From assembly GCA_016287855.1 (NCBI GenBank), contig JAEEXS010000023.1, positions 1 to 17,340 on the forward strand: DNA of 17,340 nucleotides. Reading direction: 5' to 3'. Both the position numbers and the translations under genes were made by a program. Source of the stretch: Clostridia bacterium. Lineage in GTDB: Bacteria > Bacillota > Clostridia > TANB77 > RGIG9151. Under the pieces are notes generated by a model, which did no database searches, was not told the DNA's origin, and saw nothing but the letters and a program-made list of their open reading frames with translations. How positions within the stretch are numbered: the stretch's first letter is position 1; each line of letters begins with the position of its first letter. This document shows positions 1 to 7,665 of the stretch, piece by piece.

Positions 1-1454
1 AATCTTTCTGCAGTAATATTACTTCCTCTTTGAGCTACTTGAGGTCCTAATACCTTACGAAGTGCTGCATGAAGTAGGTGAGTAGCTGTATGAAGTTTTG
101 CAGTTTCTTCAGAATGGTCAGCAAGTCCACCTTTAAATCTTTGCTCTGAACCAGCTTTAGATAAAGCTTGGTGTTTTTCAAAGAAAGTTTTAAATCCTTC
201 TGTATCCACAGTTAATCCTTTTTCGTTAGCCATCTCTACTGTTAATTCAAGTGGGAATCCATATGTATCATATAAGTGGAAAGCATTTTCCCCATCGATA
301 CTCTTTATTCCTTTAGAAACTAATTTCTCAAATTCTCTTTCGCCTTGAACCAACGTTCTAGTAAATCTCTTTTCCTCTAGCGAAAGCTCAGTTAATACTC
401 TTTCTTTGTTTTCAATAATATCACTATATACATCTTTATACTCATCAGCAATTATATCTGCTAAAGTTACAATAGAATTTTCAGGCATTTCTAAAGTCAT
501 AGCATATCTTATTGCACGACGAATTAATCTTCTTAAAACATAACCTTGGTCAACGTTAGAAGGTGTAACTCCACGTCTATCTCCAATAATAAAGGTTGCC
601 GTTCTTATATGGTCCGCAACAATTCTTGAAGCTCTTTTATATTCAGGATTATTTTTAATATCTTTTCCAGATAATTCAGCTATCTTTTTCATTACGTTAG
701 CATATAAGTCTGTATCAAAAACTGAACCACCATTTAATGCAACTAAAATTCTCTCGAGTCCCATTCCTGTATCAACATTTTTTTGTTTTAATGGTTCAAA
801 AGTTCCATCAGCAGTTTTATTGTATTGCATAAATACGTCATTCCAAATCTCTACGTATTTACCACAACCACAAGCCGGGTTACATTCTGGACAACATTTT
901 TCTTTCCCTGTATCTATAAACATTTCTGTATCAGGACCACATGGACCAGTTTGACCAGCAGGTCCCCACCAGTTATGTTTCTTTGGTAAGAAGAATATAT
1001 GGTCTGCTGCTACCCCAACTTCTCTCCAGTAATTAAATGCTTCTTCATCTCTTGGTGCATCTTCGTTACCTTCAAAAACAGTAAAATATAATTTATCTTT
1101 AGGAAGTCCTAACCATTCTTTTGAAGTTAAAAATTCAAAACTCCAAGCAATAGCTTCCTTCTTAAAGTAATCTCCTAAAGACCAGTTTCCAAGCATTTCA
1201 AAAAACGTACAATGAGTATCGTCTCCAACTTCGTCTATATCTCCAGTTCTTATACATTTTTGAACATCTGTAAGTCGGTTTCCCTCTGGATGAGGTTCTC
1301 CAAGTAAGTATGGAACTAATGGGTGCATTCCAGCAGTAGTAAACAATACAGTAGGATCATTTTCAGGAATAACAGATGCACTATCTATAATAGCATGTCC
1401 TTTTTCATTAAAAAATTTCAAATATTTACTTCTAATTTCTTTAGCAGTATACAT
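1..1454 (-). CDS. alaS: Alanine--tRNA ligase, N-terminal ~484 codons (3' end lies beyond the left window edge)
   Basis: Absent from the ORF track because it runs off the edge. My reverse-strand translation from ATG 1454..1452 gives MYTAKEIRSKYLKFFNEKGHAII..TTAGMHPLVPYLLG..TFFEMLGNWSLGDYFK..GPCGPDTEMF..VEIWNDVFMQY..DTGMGLERIL..HTATHLLHAALRKVLG. This is the class II AlaRS core plus the HxxxH editing motif. GAGG sits ~6 nt upstream of the ATG, and the frame stays open to position 1. Confidence 0.9.
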   Translation of the reverse strand, partial: MYTAKEIRSKYLKFFNEKGHAIIDSASVIPENDPTVLFTTAGMHPLVPYLLGEPHPEGNRLTDVQKCIRTGDIDEVGDDTHCTFFEMLGNWSLGDYFKKEAIAWSFEFLTSKEWLGLPKDKLYFTVFEGNEDAPRDEEAFNYWREVGVAADHIFFLPKKHNWWGPAGQTGPCGPDTEMFIDTGKEKCCPECNPACGCGKYVEIWNDVFMQYNKTADGTFEPLKQKNVDTGMGLERILVALNGGSVFDTDLYANVMKKIAELSGKDIKNNPEYKRASRIVADHIRTATFIIGDRRGVTPSNVDQGYVLRRLIRRAIRYAMTLEMPENSIVTLADIIADEYKDVYSDIIENKERVLTELSLEEKRFTRTLVQGEREFEKLVSKGIKSIDGENAFHLYDTYGFPLELTVEMANEKGLTVDTEGFKTFFEKHQALSKAGSEQRFKGGLADHSEETAKLHTATHLLHAALRKVLGPQVAQRGSNITAER

Positions 1455-1567
1455 ATATTTCCTCATTCCTCTCAAAAAATACTTTTACCGGTATATTTTA
1501 TCACTATTATCGATTATTTGCAATATTTAAACTAATTCATTTCTAATAATTTTATTTACATAATGTG

Positions 1568-1596
1568 TTGAATATATTTTAAAAATATGATAAAAT
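1568..1596 (+). promoter_or_regulatory. Candidate sigma-A promoter for the 267-aa orphan gene (TTGAAT-17 nt-TAAAAT with extended -10 TG)
   Basis: TTGAAT at 1568-1573, a 17-nt spacer and TAAAAT at 1591-1596, with TG at 1588-1589 (TGnTAAAAT). It points toward the ATG at 1675, giving a ~70-nt leader. This is a sequence match only. Confidence 0.45.
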
Positions 1597-1674
1597 ATTG
1601 ATGTAAATTTTGTGATTTTATGAGCTTTACTCAAGACGTTAAACCAAGAAGGCTGTAAAACAGGAGGGTCGTAA

Positions 1675-2478
1675 ATGTATTCACCAAATGATTTTATACT
1701 CATAAGGGAAGGTATACTAAAAAACCACATTCTGAACAAGCTACTCATCGAAAGCTTCCACGCCGCAGGGCCCTTTTACTCAGAGCCTTTTCCCGTCGAA
1801 ACTTCCATCGTAAGGCTTACCGGAAAAAGCCGGTCTGAACTAGCTAAGAAAAAAGCCAAGCTCCCCAGCTATATCTACGCTGAGATTCAGGTAAAAATGA
1901 CTAACCCCTATTTCATAATCGGCTACTCTTACCCTGGTATCTCAGACGTTTGGGGGAAAGTCATCACTGGCAAAGCCAATAATCGAGTGGCAAATCTAAA
2001 ATTCATCGCTACCCATATTTTTACTACGTATCCCCCAGTAGCGAGCCACACCGATAAGGTTTTCTCTGAAATGCCCCAAAGCCTTGCTCTTCTTCTAGAG
2101 CAAGGGCATATCTCAAGATATTTCTGGAAAACCAGCCTCCCGCGTACTATAAAGCATACCACCGGAGACATTGATGAGGAGGAGCTAAGCGAGTATGCTG
2201 AACGGCTTAAGATTAAACTCCTCGATATGAGAATCTTTAACTCCATTCTCATTGACCTTCTGAAGAAAGGGAAGTTTGAAAAAGAAGTCCCGGAGGTTGG
2301 TAACCTCACTGTCAACAAAATTAACCATGATGGCACTCTTTATATGGCATTTGTTGACTATGGAAATAACAGCCTCAGCTCCATGATTTGGGAGTATAAG
2401 GACTTAAATCCTCTTGCTTGGGAAAACTCAGATTTCATGCCTGGACTTCGCAAAATGTTTAATTCTGAACTACGCTAA
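1675..2478 (+). CDS. Hypothetical protein, 267 aa, no family recognised; compositionally foreign
   Basis: An 804-nt open frame with AGGAGG at 1662-1667, 7 nt before the ATG, and a hairpin terminator 8 nt after the TAA. G+C is 33/60 at 1741-1800 and 27/60 at 1801-1860, against 15/60 at 2581-2640 in the neighbouring gene. Codons are GC3-rich (CTC, CCC, GCC, AGC, ATC), unlike all flanking genes. I could find no signal peptide, TM segment or catalytic motif. Confidence 0.75.
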   Translation: MYSPNDFILIREGILKNHILNKLLIESFHAAGPFYSEPFPVETSIVRLTGKSRSELAKKKAKLPSYIYAEIQVKMTNPYFIIGYSYPGISDVWGKVITGKANNRVANLKFIATHIFTTYPPVASHTDKVFSEMPQSLALLLEQGHISRYFWKTSLPRTIKHTTGDIDEEELSEYAERLKIKLLDMRIFNSILIDLLKKGKFEKEVPEVGNLTVNKINHDGTLYMAFVDYGNNSLSSMIWEYKDLNPLAWENSDFMPGLRKMFNSELR

Positions 2479-2485
2479 ACCTAAA

Positions 2486-2522
2486 ACACGCCCCTGCGTT
2501 TTTGCAGAGGCGTGTACTTTTT
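2486..2522. terminator. Bidirectional intrinsic terminator shared by the convergent orphan gene and beta-propeller gene
   Basis: Arms ACACGCCCCTGC (2486-2497) and GCAGAGGCGTGT (2504-2515) form a 12-bp stem with one C:A mismatch and a 6-nt loop. A T-run follows on the plus strand (ACTTTTTATTT) and a T-rich stretch on the minus strand (TTTTAG). Confidence 0.75.
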
Positions 2523-2527
2523 ATTTA

Positions 2528-4504
2528 TTAATTTATTTTTAATGTTCCTATCTTTGTAAAATCGCTTAATTTATACGCAGAATATCCACTCTCTGCGATT
2601 GTATATAAAACATCGTTTATATAAATTAATCTATCTATTGTCTTATCTCCATAGTAGTAATATCCAAGTTTCTTCCAATCTTCATCTGTTAGATTCGTAA
2701 GTTTTGCTTTTAATACAAAACCTTTATCTAACGTAATTTCATAAACATATGCGCCAACAAAAGTTGTATCTCCATAAGTCCAAGCTGTTCTATCCTTTTC
2801 GTTTACTGTTGCCACCCTAATTGGGAACGCAAGTAAGTTCTTATCTTTTGAGAATAATAGGGCTTTATGGTTGTTTAATAACTCAGATTCTGTACCTCTA
2901 TCTCCTATCTCTTCTTTCCACATTTCTATAGGATTTTCTGGATCTGTAACGTCAAATATTGCAATCTTCATTCCCTGATAGTAAGCAGCAACGCCATCGT
3001 CATCTGCCCAACCCCAACTACCTTCTTCATTACTTACTAAAGCAGCGTCTTTACCAAAACCTATAATGTGATTTTCATCATAAGGATGTAAATAATCACT
3101 ATATCCAGGTATCTTTAATTTGCCTAAAATCGTTGGCTCTTCTGGTTTAGACAAATCTATTACAAACAATGGATCTACTTTTCTAAAGGTTACCATATAA
3201 GCACGATTTCCCATAAATCTTACTGAATAAATCTTTTCGCCTGGTGCAATATCTTCGATAGAGCCTACTGTTTTTAAGTCCATATCTAGAACATACATAT
3301 TATTTTTAGAAATATTATCTCCTGTTCCAGTAATGCTACCTACTGTTGTTGCAATTCTAAAATAGCCATTACTTTCATCCATAGAGAATTGATTTAATAT
3401 TGAACCTTTTACTTCTCCAGTAGCCTTACAATTCATTTCTCCATTTTCTAACTTAAATCTATATATTGAAGTTACTCTATTCAATGCAGAACTATCTAAA
3501 ATTCTCTTTAAGGCTACTTCTTCTCCATTAACCTCTGCATCAGGCTTTTTATAACTTGAAAAAGTTACATACATATTATCTAAAGAAGAATATATACTTT
3601 CACTATTTCCTAAGTACGTAGAAATTTGAGCCTCTTTATCTAAATTAGATAAATCTACGCCTACTGTTATCATATATTGAGAACATTTGAAGTCTGGGAA
3701 ATATCTTATGCAATCGCATGTTACTTTTTTATAATCTTCAGATATTCTTGAATCTTTATATAATGGTAAAGGTTCATAATCTGAATTTTCATCTAACCAG
3801 TATCTATTTATATTCTTTTGAGCTACTAAATATAAAGCATTTCCAATTCTTCTAGATGAATTATAGTATCCACTTACATCAACTTTTTTAGCAACTTTTA
3901 CATTAGATTTATCTTTCGCATCATATATTATTATTTGAGTAAAAGTTTCGCTCCAATAGCTATAATATTCCCTATAATTATCTTGATACTTATCCCCTAT
4001 AACTATGACCATATCACCTTCAACGTACAATTCACGAGGCGAAAAACCTTTTTCAAAGTCTATAGTTGATACAAGTTTCATAGAATCTGCAGGATATATT
4101 TTACTTATTTTCAAATCTTCATTTACTAGATGATATATATACTCTCCGTCTGTTTTCATTATATCTGCTTCATCTACACCTTCAACTTGCACATTTGTCT
4201 TGGAGTAATCAGTATTTAATTTTGATGATGCTGATTCAGCAACTGCCATATCATTAGTAGCAACAGCATCAGGCATAGCATTTTTCATCATTGACGATCC
4301 AAAAGTCATTCTATCCATATAGTAATAATTATTGTTTTCATCAGCCTTATTTACTAATTCTTTTAATTTTTCATATGTACCGACTGTCGGTAAATCTAGA
4401 TTTGGTTCATTAACTCTTACCTCTTGTTGAAGCATATTAGGAGCAACCACTATTCCTCCCATTATTCCAAAGGCAACCATTAACTTAATAATTTCTTTAA
4501 TCAT
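2528..4504 (-). CDS. Secreted or membrane-anchored beta-propeller domain protein (Beta_propel/PF09826-like), 658 aa
   Basis: Hydrophobic N-terminal anchor MIKEIIKLMVAFGIMGGIVVAP. Family-typical stretches include YSKTNVQVEGVDEADIMKTDGEYIYHL and MVTFRKVDPLFVIDLSKPEEPTILGKLKIPGYSDYLHPYDENHIIGFGKD. An AGGAAAGGA-type RBS lies upstream. Confidence 0.75.
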   Translation of the reverse strand: MIKEIIKLMVAFGIMGGIVVAPNMLQQEVRVNEPNLDLPTVGTYEKLKELVNKADENNNYYYMDRMTFGSSMMKNAMPDAVATNDMAVAESASSKLNTDYSKTNVQVEGVDEADIMKTDGEYIYHLVNEDLKISKIYPADSMKLVSTIDFEKGFSPRELYVEGDMVIVIGDKYQDNYREYYSYWSETFTQIIIYDAKDKSNVKVAKKVDVSGYYNSSRRIGNALYLVAQKNINRYWLDENSDYEPLPLYKDSRISEDYKKVTCDCIRYFPDFKCSQYMITVGVDLSNLDKEAQISTYLGNSESIYSSLDNMYVTFSSYKKPDAEVNGEEVALKRILDSSALNRVTSIYRFKLENGEMNCKATGEVKGSILNQFSMDESNGYFRIATTVGSITGTGDNISKNNMYVLDMDLKTVGSIEDIAPGEKIYSVRFMGNRAYMVTFRKVDPLFVIDLSKPEEPTILGKLKIPGYSDYLHPYDENHIIGFGKDAALVSNEEGSWGWADDDGVAAYYQGMKIAIFDVTDPENPIEMWKEEIGDRGTESELLNNHKALLFSKDKNLLAFPIRVATVNEKDRTAWTYGDTTFVGAYVYEITLDKGFVLKAKLTNLTDEDWKKLGYYYYGDKTIDRLIYINDVLYTIAESGYSAYKLSDFTKIGTLKIN

Positions 4505-4585
4505 TTTTATTACCCGTCCTTTCCTACTTAAAACTCACATATAAATTAAACCAAAAAAAAAGCTAAAAATCAATATTTTAAAGAT

Positions 4586-4617
4586 AAAAAAACGTTCCAA
4601 AAAAAGGAACGTTTTTA
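4586..4617. terminator. Intrinsic terminator after carD (palindromic, usable in both directions)
   Basis: AAAAACGTTCC-AAAAAAA-GGAACGTTTTT. The AACGTTCC (4590-4597) / GGAACGTT (4606-4613) stem is flanked by A and T runs and lies 4 nt downstream of the carD stop. Confidence 0.7.
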
Positions 4618-4620
4618 GTA

Positions 4621-5112
4621 TTAAGCATTTTCATTAAGACCTAATTTAGAATTTACTAATTCTTCTATTTCAGTTTTTGAAGATTGGTTTGCCAAAACTA
4701 ACTCACTAATTAATATTTGTTTTGCACTATTATATAATTTCTTTTCTCCAGTAGATAACCCTTTCTCGGTGTTTTTGTGAGCTAAATTTTTAACAACTTC
4801 AGCAACTTCAAAAATATTACCGCTTCTGATTTTATCCATATTTTCTCTATATCTTTTATTCCAATTTGCATTCATTTCAGTACGCTCACCAGATAAAACA
4901 TTTAATACTCTATCAGCATCTTTACAAGCAATAATCTCTCTCATTCCGATTTCTTGAGCATTACTAGTAGGTACCATAACTTGAATGTCTCCAATTGGCA
5001 TTTTCATTATGTAATATTTTTGTTTTTGACCTAAAATCTCTTTTTCTTCTATAGATTCTATAACCCCTGCACCATGCATAGGATATACTACTTTATCTCC
5101 AATATTAAACAT
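4621..5112 (-). CDS. carD: CarD/CdnL family RNA-polymerase-binding transcription regulator, 163 aa
   Basis: The N-terminal Tudor-like CarD_CdnL_TRCF signature is GDKVVYPMHGAGVIESIEEKEILGQKQKYYIMKMP. The C-terminal part is helical and the size is typical. A GGAGG RBS is present. Confidence 0.85.
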   Translation of the reverse strand: MFNIGDKVVYPMHGAGVIESIEEKEILGQKQKYYIMKMPIGDIQVMVPTSNAQEIGMREIIACKDADRVLNVLSGERTEMNANWNKRYRENMDKIRSGNIFEVAEVVKNLAHKNTEKGLSTGEKKLYNSAKQILISELVLANQSSKTEIEELVNSKLGLNENA

Positions 5113-5221
5113 ACTTGTACCTCCTTCTTTTGTGAAAGTTTATAGTTAAGATATTACCAAAATTACCTAAATAAACTAACACATCCAACATTAGACATTG
5201 TATCATATTTTTTCTAATTTG

Positions 5222-6286
5222 TCAAAACCTAATATCAAATAAAGTTTGTTCTCGCATTCGCTTTAAACTATTATTTATATACCTAGCTCTAACTTCTCCA
5301 ATTCCATCTACATCGTCAAGTTCTTCAATTGAAGAAGATAAAATCCCTCTTAAATTTTTAAAGCTCTCTACTAGATTTTCAATTACGTTTGTAGGAAGCC
5401 TTGGAACCATAGACAATATCCTATAGCCTTTAGGTGGAATTAACATATCTAATTGAGAAGAAGTACTATAACCCATTATTCTAGCCACACTATTTATGTC
5501 ATTAACTTCATTATACGACAAGCTTCTAATTTTATTAAATGCACTATCTATTGTACTCTTTTTAGTAATTTCCATGTAATCTCTAATTATCAATTCTAAG
5601 TCCTGTTTTGTATTTCCCATAAGCTCATTTAGCTGCATTTCTACGAGCCTACTTTCATCTCCAAGTTCATAAATGTATCTTTCCACTTCTTCAGATATTT
5701 TCAGAACAGAAACTATTCTTTGAACTGCTGTACAAACATTTTCAACCGTAACCATATCTTCGAATTCTAAAGCATTTAAATTATTCATAACACCATCTAA
5801 TGATGTTTTATATTTTTCTAAAGTTTGTAATGCCTGGTTAGCACGATTTAATACAACACTAGTATCTGGTAAAACATATCTACTATTTCCCTTAAATAAA
5901 GTAATAACATTTCTTCTTTGAGATACACTTATTACTAAATTCCCCGTTTGTTTTGCAAAACGTTCGGCAGTCCTATGACGGGTTCCTGTTTCAACCGTAG
6001 GTATTGAGTGATCTGGATTAAGCTGAGTATTTGCATATAAAATTTTCTTCAAATCGCTACTGATTATAATCGCTCCATCCATCTTTGCGAGCTCATATAA
6101 AAGTGCAGGAGAATATTCTGCATTAATTTTGAATCCTCCATCAATTAAATCTAAAACGTCAGTTGTATCACCAACAACTATTAATCCACCAGTTCTTGCT
6201 TTTAATACATTTTCTAGACCCTCTCTAAACATTGTACCTGGTGCAATCATTCTTAAGATATTGATGATTTCATCTTTATCTGCCAT
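5222..6286 (-). CDS. disA: DNA integrity scanning protein DisA (diadenylate cyclase), 354 aa
   Basis: DAC-domain motifs DGAIIIS and RHRTAERF, a helical linker and a C-terminal helix-hairpin-helix (DDVDGIGEVRARYI). It sits immediately downstream of radA, the usual arrangement in Firmicutes. Confidence 0.9.
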   Translation of the reverse strand: MADKDEIINILRMIAPGTMFREGLENVLKARTGGLIVVGDTTDVLDLIDGGFKINAEYSPALLYELAKMDGAIIISSDLKKILYANTQLNPDHSIPTVETGTRHRTAERFAKQTGNLVISVSQRRNVITLFKGNSRYVLPDTSVVLNRANQALQTLEKYKTSLDGVMNNLNALEFEDMVTVENVCTAVQRIVSVLKISEEVERYIYELGDESRLVEMQLNELMGNTKQDLELIIRDYMEITKKSTIDSAFNKIRSLSYNEVNDINSVARIMGYSTSSQLDMLIPPKGYRILSMVPRLPTNVIENLVESFKNLRGILSSSIEELDDVDGIGEVRARYINNSLKRMREQTLFDIRF

Positions 6287-6305
6287 AATACATCCCTCTC
6301 CTTTA

Positions 6306-7661
6306 TCACTCGCAAATTTGTTTCATGATATCAGTCAAATTTTCTGCTTCAATTATATCAATTTTAAACTTTCCTTCTATATTTTTTACATTACTCTTTG
6401 GTATAACACAATAAGAAAATCCAGTTTTTTCAGCCTCATATATTCTCTTATCAATAAAATTAACTCCTCTAATTTCACCAGTTAACCCTACTTCTCCAAT
6501 AATTACTCCCCCAGGCCTTATTGTTTTATTTTTAAAACCTGACATGATTGCAACTGCTATACCTAAATCAACTGCAGGTTCATTTATCTTTATTCCCCCA
6601 ACAACATTTATATATATATCTTGATTATAAAGGCTACACCCTACCTTTTTCTCTAATACTGCTGCAATCAATGTGAGCCTATTGTAATCTAAACCAGTAG
6701 CGGTTCGTCTTGGCATACCGAATGGTGTTTGTGCAACTAATGCTTGAATTTCAACAAGCATTGGTCTTGTACCTTCTACAGTACAAACCACCACCGAACC
6801 AGGTGCATTTTTATTTTCAGAAATCATGATTTGAGTAGGATCTATTACTTCATTTAATCCACTATCTCTCATCTCAAAAATTCCAATTTCATTTGTAGAA
6901 CCAAACCTATTTTTTACTGCTCTTAAAATTCTATATGAAAAGTATCTTTCACCTTCCAAATACAATACTGTATCTACCATATGTTCTAACACTCTAGGAC
7001 CTGCGATTGCACCATCTTTTGTAACGTGACCTATAATTACAGTCGTTATTCCTTGACGTTTTGCGATTTCCATAAAACGTCCCGTAACAGCTCTAACTTG
7101 TCCAACACTTCCGGCTGTAGACTCCATTGTAGGGTCATACATTGTTTGAATTGAGTCTATTATTAAAAGTGAAGGTGAAATTTCTTTTATTTTTTCAGCA
7201 ATAATTGTCATATCTGTTTCACTTAAAAACAAAATATTATCATTATTTATCTTTAGCCTTTCAGCTCGCATTTTTATCTGACTTCCAGACTCTTCTCCGG
7301 AAATATATAAAACTTTACCATCACATTGAATTTTGTCGCACATTTGAAGTATTAAAGTAGATTTACCTATACCAGGGTCCCCTCCAACCAGAGTTAGCGA
7401 TCCTTTTGTAAGGCCTCCACCTAAAACTCTATTTAGCTCAACAAAACCAGTTTCAAGCCTTTCGCCTTTTTCTACTTTTATATCTGATAATTTTACAATT
7501 TCCGACGTACTTTTTTCTTTATACTCTCCACTTTTTGTTTTTTGTAATTTTTCCTCAACAAAAGTATTCCATTCGTTACATGCAGGACATTTTCCTAACC
7601 ATTTTGGAGACTCATAACCACAGCTATTACAAAAAAATACGCTTACTGTCTTGTTTGCCAC
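6306..7661 (-). CDS. radA: DNA repair protein RadA/Sms (~451 aa from GTG 7661; the ORF track extends to a TTG at 7685)
   Basis: C4 zinc finger CNSCGYESPKWLGKCPACNEWN, Walker A GDPGIGKST, the RadA-specific KNRFG motif and a Lon-protease-like C-terminal domain. GTG 7661..7659 is preceded by AAGGAAGGGG and gives MANKTVSVFFC, a typical RadA N-terminus. The TTG at 7685 would overlap the GH15 stop by 20 nt. Confidence 0.9.
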   Translation of the reverse strand: MANKTVSVFFCNSCGYESPKWLGKCPACNEWNTFVEEKLQKTKSGEYKEKSTSEIVKLSDIKVEKGERLETGFVELNRVLGGGLTKGSLTLVGGDPGIGKSTLILQMCDKIQCDGKVLYISGEESGSQIKMRAERLKINNDNILFLSETDMTIIAEKIKEISPSLLIIDSIQTMYDPTMESTAGSVGQVRAVTGRFMEIAKRQGITTVIIGHVTKDGAIAGPRVLEHMVDTVLYLEGERYFSYRILRAVKNRFGSTNEIGIFEMRDSGLNEVIDPTQIMISENKNAPGSVVVCTVEGTRPMLVEIQALVAQTPFGMPRRTATGLDYNRLTLIAAVLEKKVGCSLYNQDIYINVVGGIKINEPAVDLGIAVAIMSGFKNKTIRPGGVIIGEVGLTGEIRGVNFIDKRIYEAEKTGFSYCVIPKSNVKNIEGKFKIDIIEAENLTDIMKQICE

Positions 7662-7665
7662 AGAC

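Noticed and set aside
1455-1674. Possible T-box or other riboswitch leader upstream of alaS
   Set aside because: Reading the minus strand, I found no conserved T-box element (the AAnnnGGGTGGTACCGCG type), no specifier or antiterminator architecture, and almost no G/C for stable stems.
1323-1748. Short ORFs 1323-1535 (+) and 1527-1748 (-)
   Set aside because: The first is antisense to the alaS 5' end. The second spans the AT-rich divergent promoter region and the start of the orphan gene. Neither has an RBS, and both have low-complexity composition.
1929-2336. 135-aa minus-strand ORF inside the 267-aa orphan gene
   Set aside because: It lies fully antisense to a longer ORF that has a perfect RBS. 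Long antisense frames are expected in GC3-rich genes. The sequence is low-complexity (S/R/L-rich) and has no RBS.
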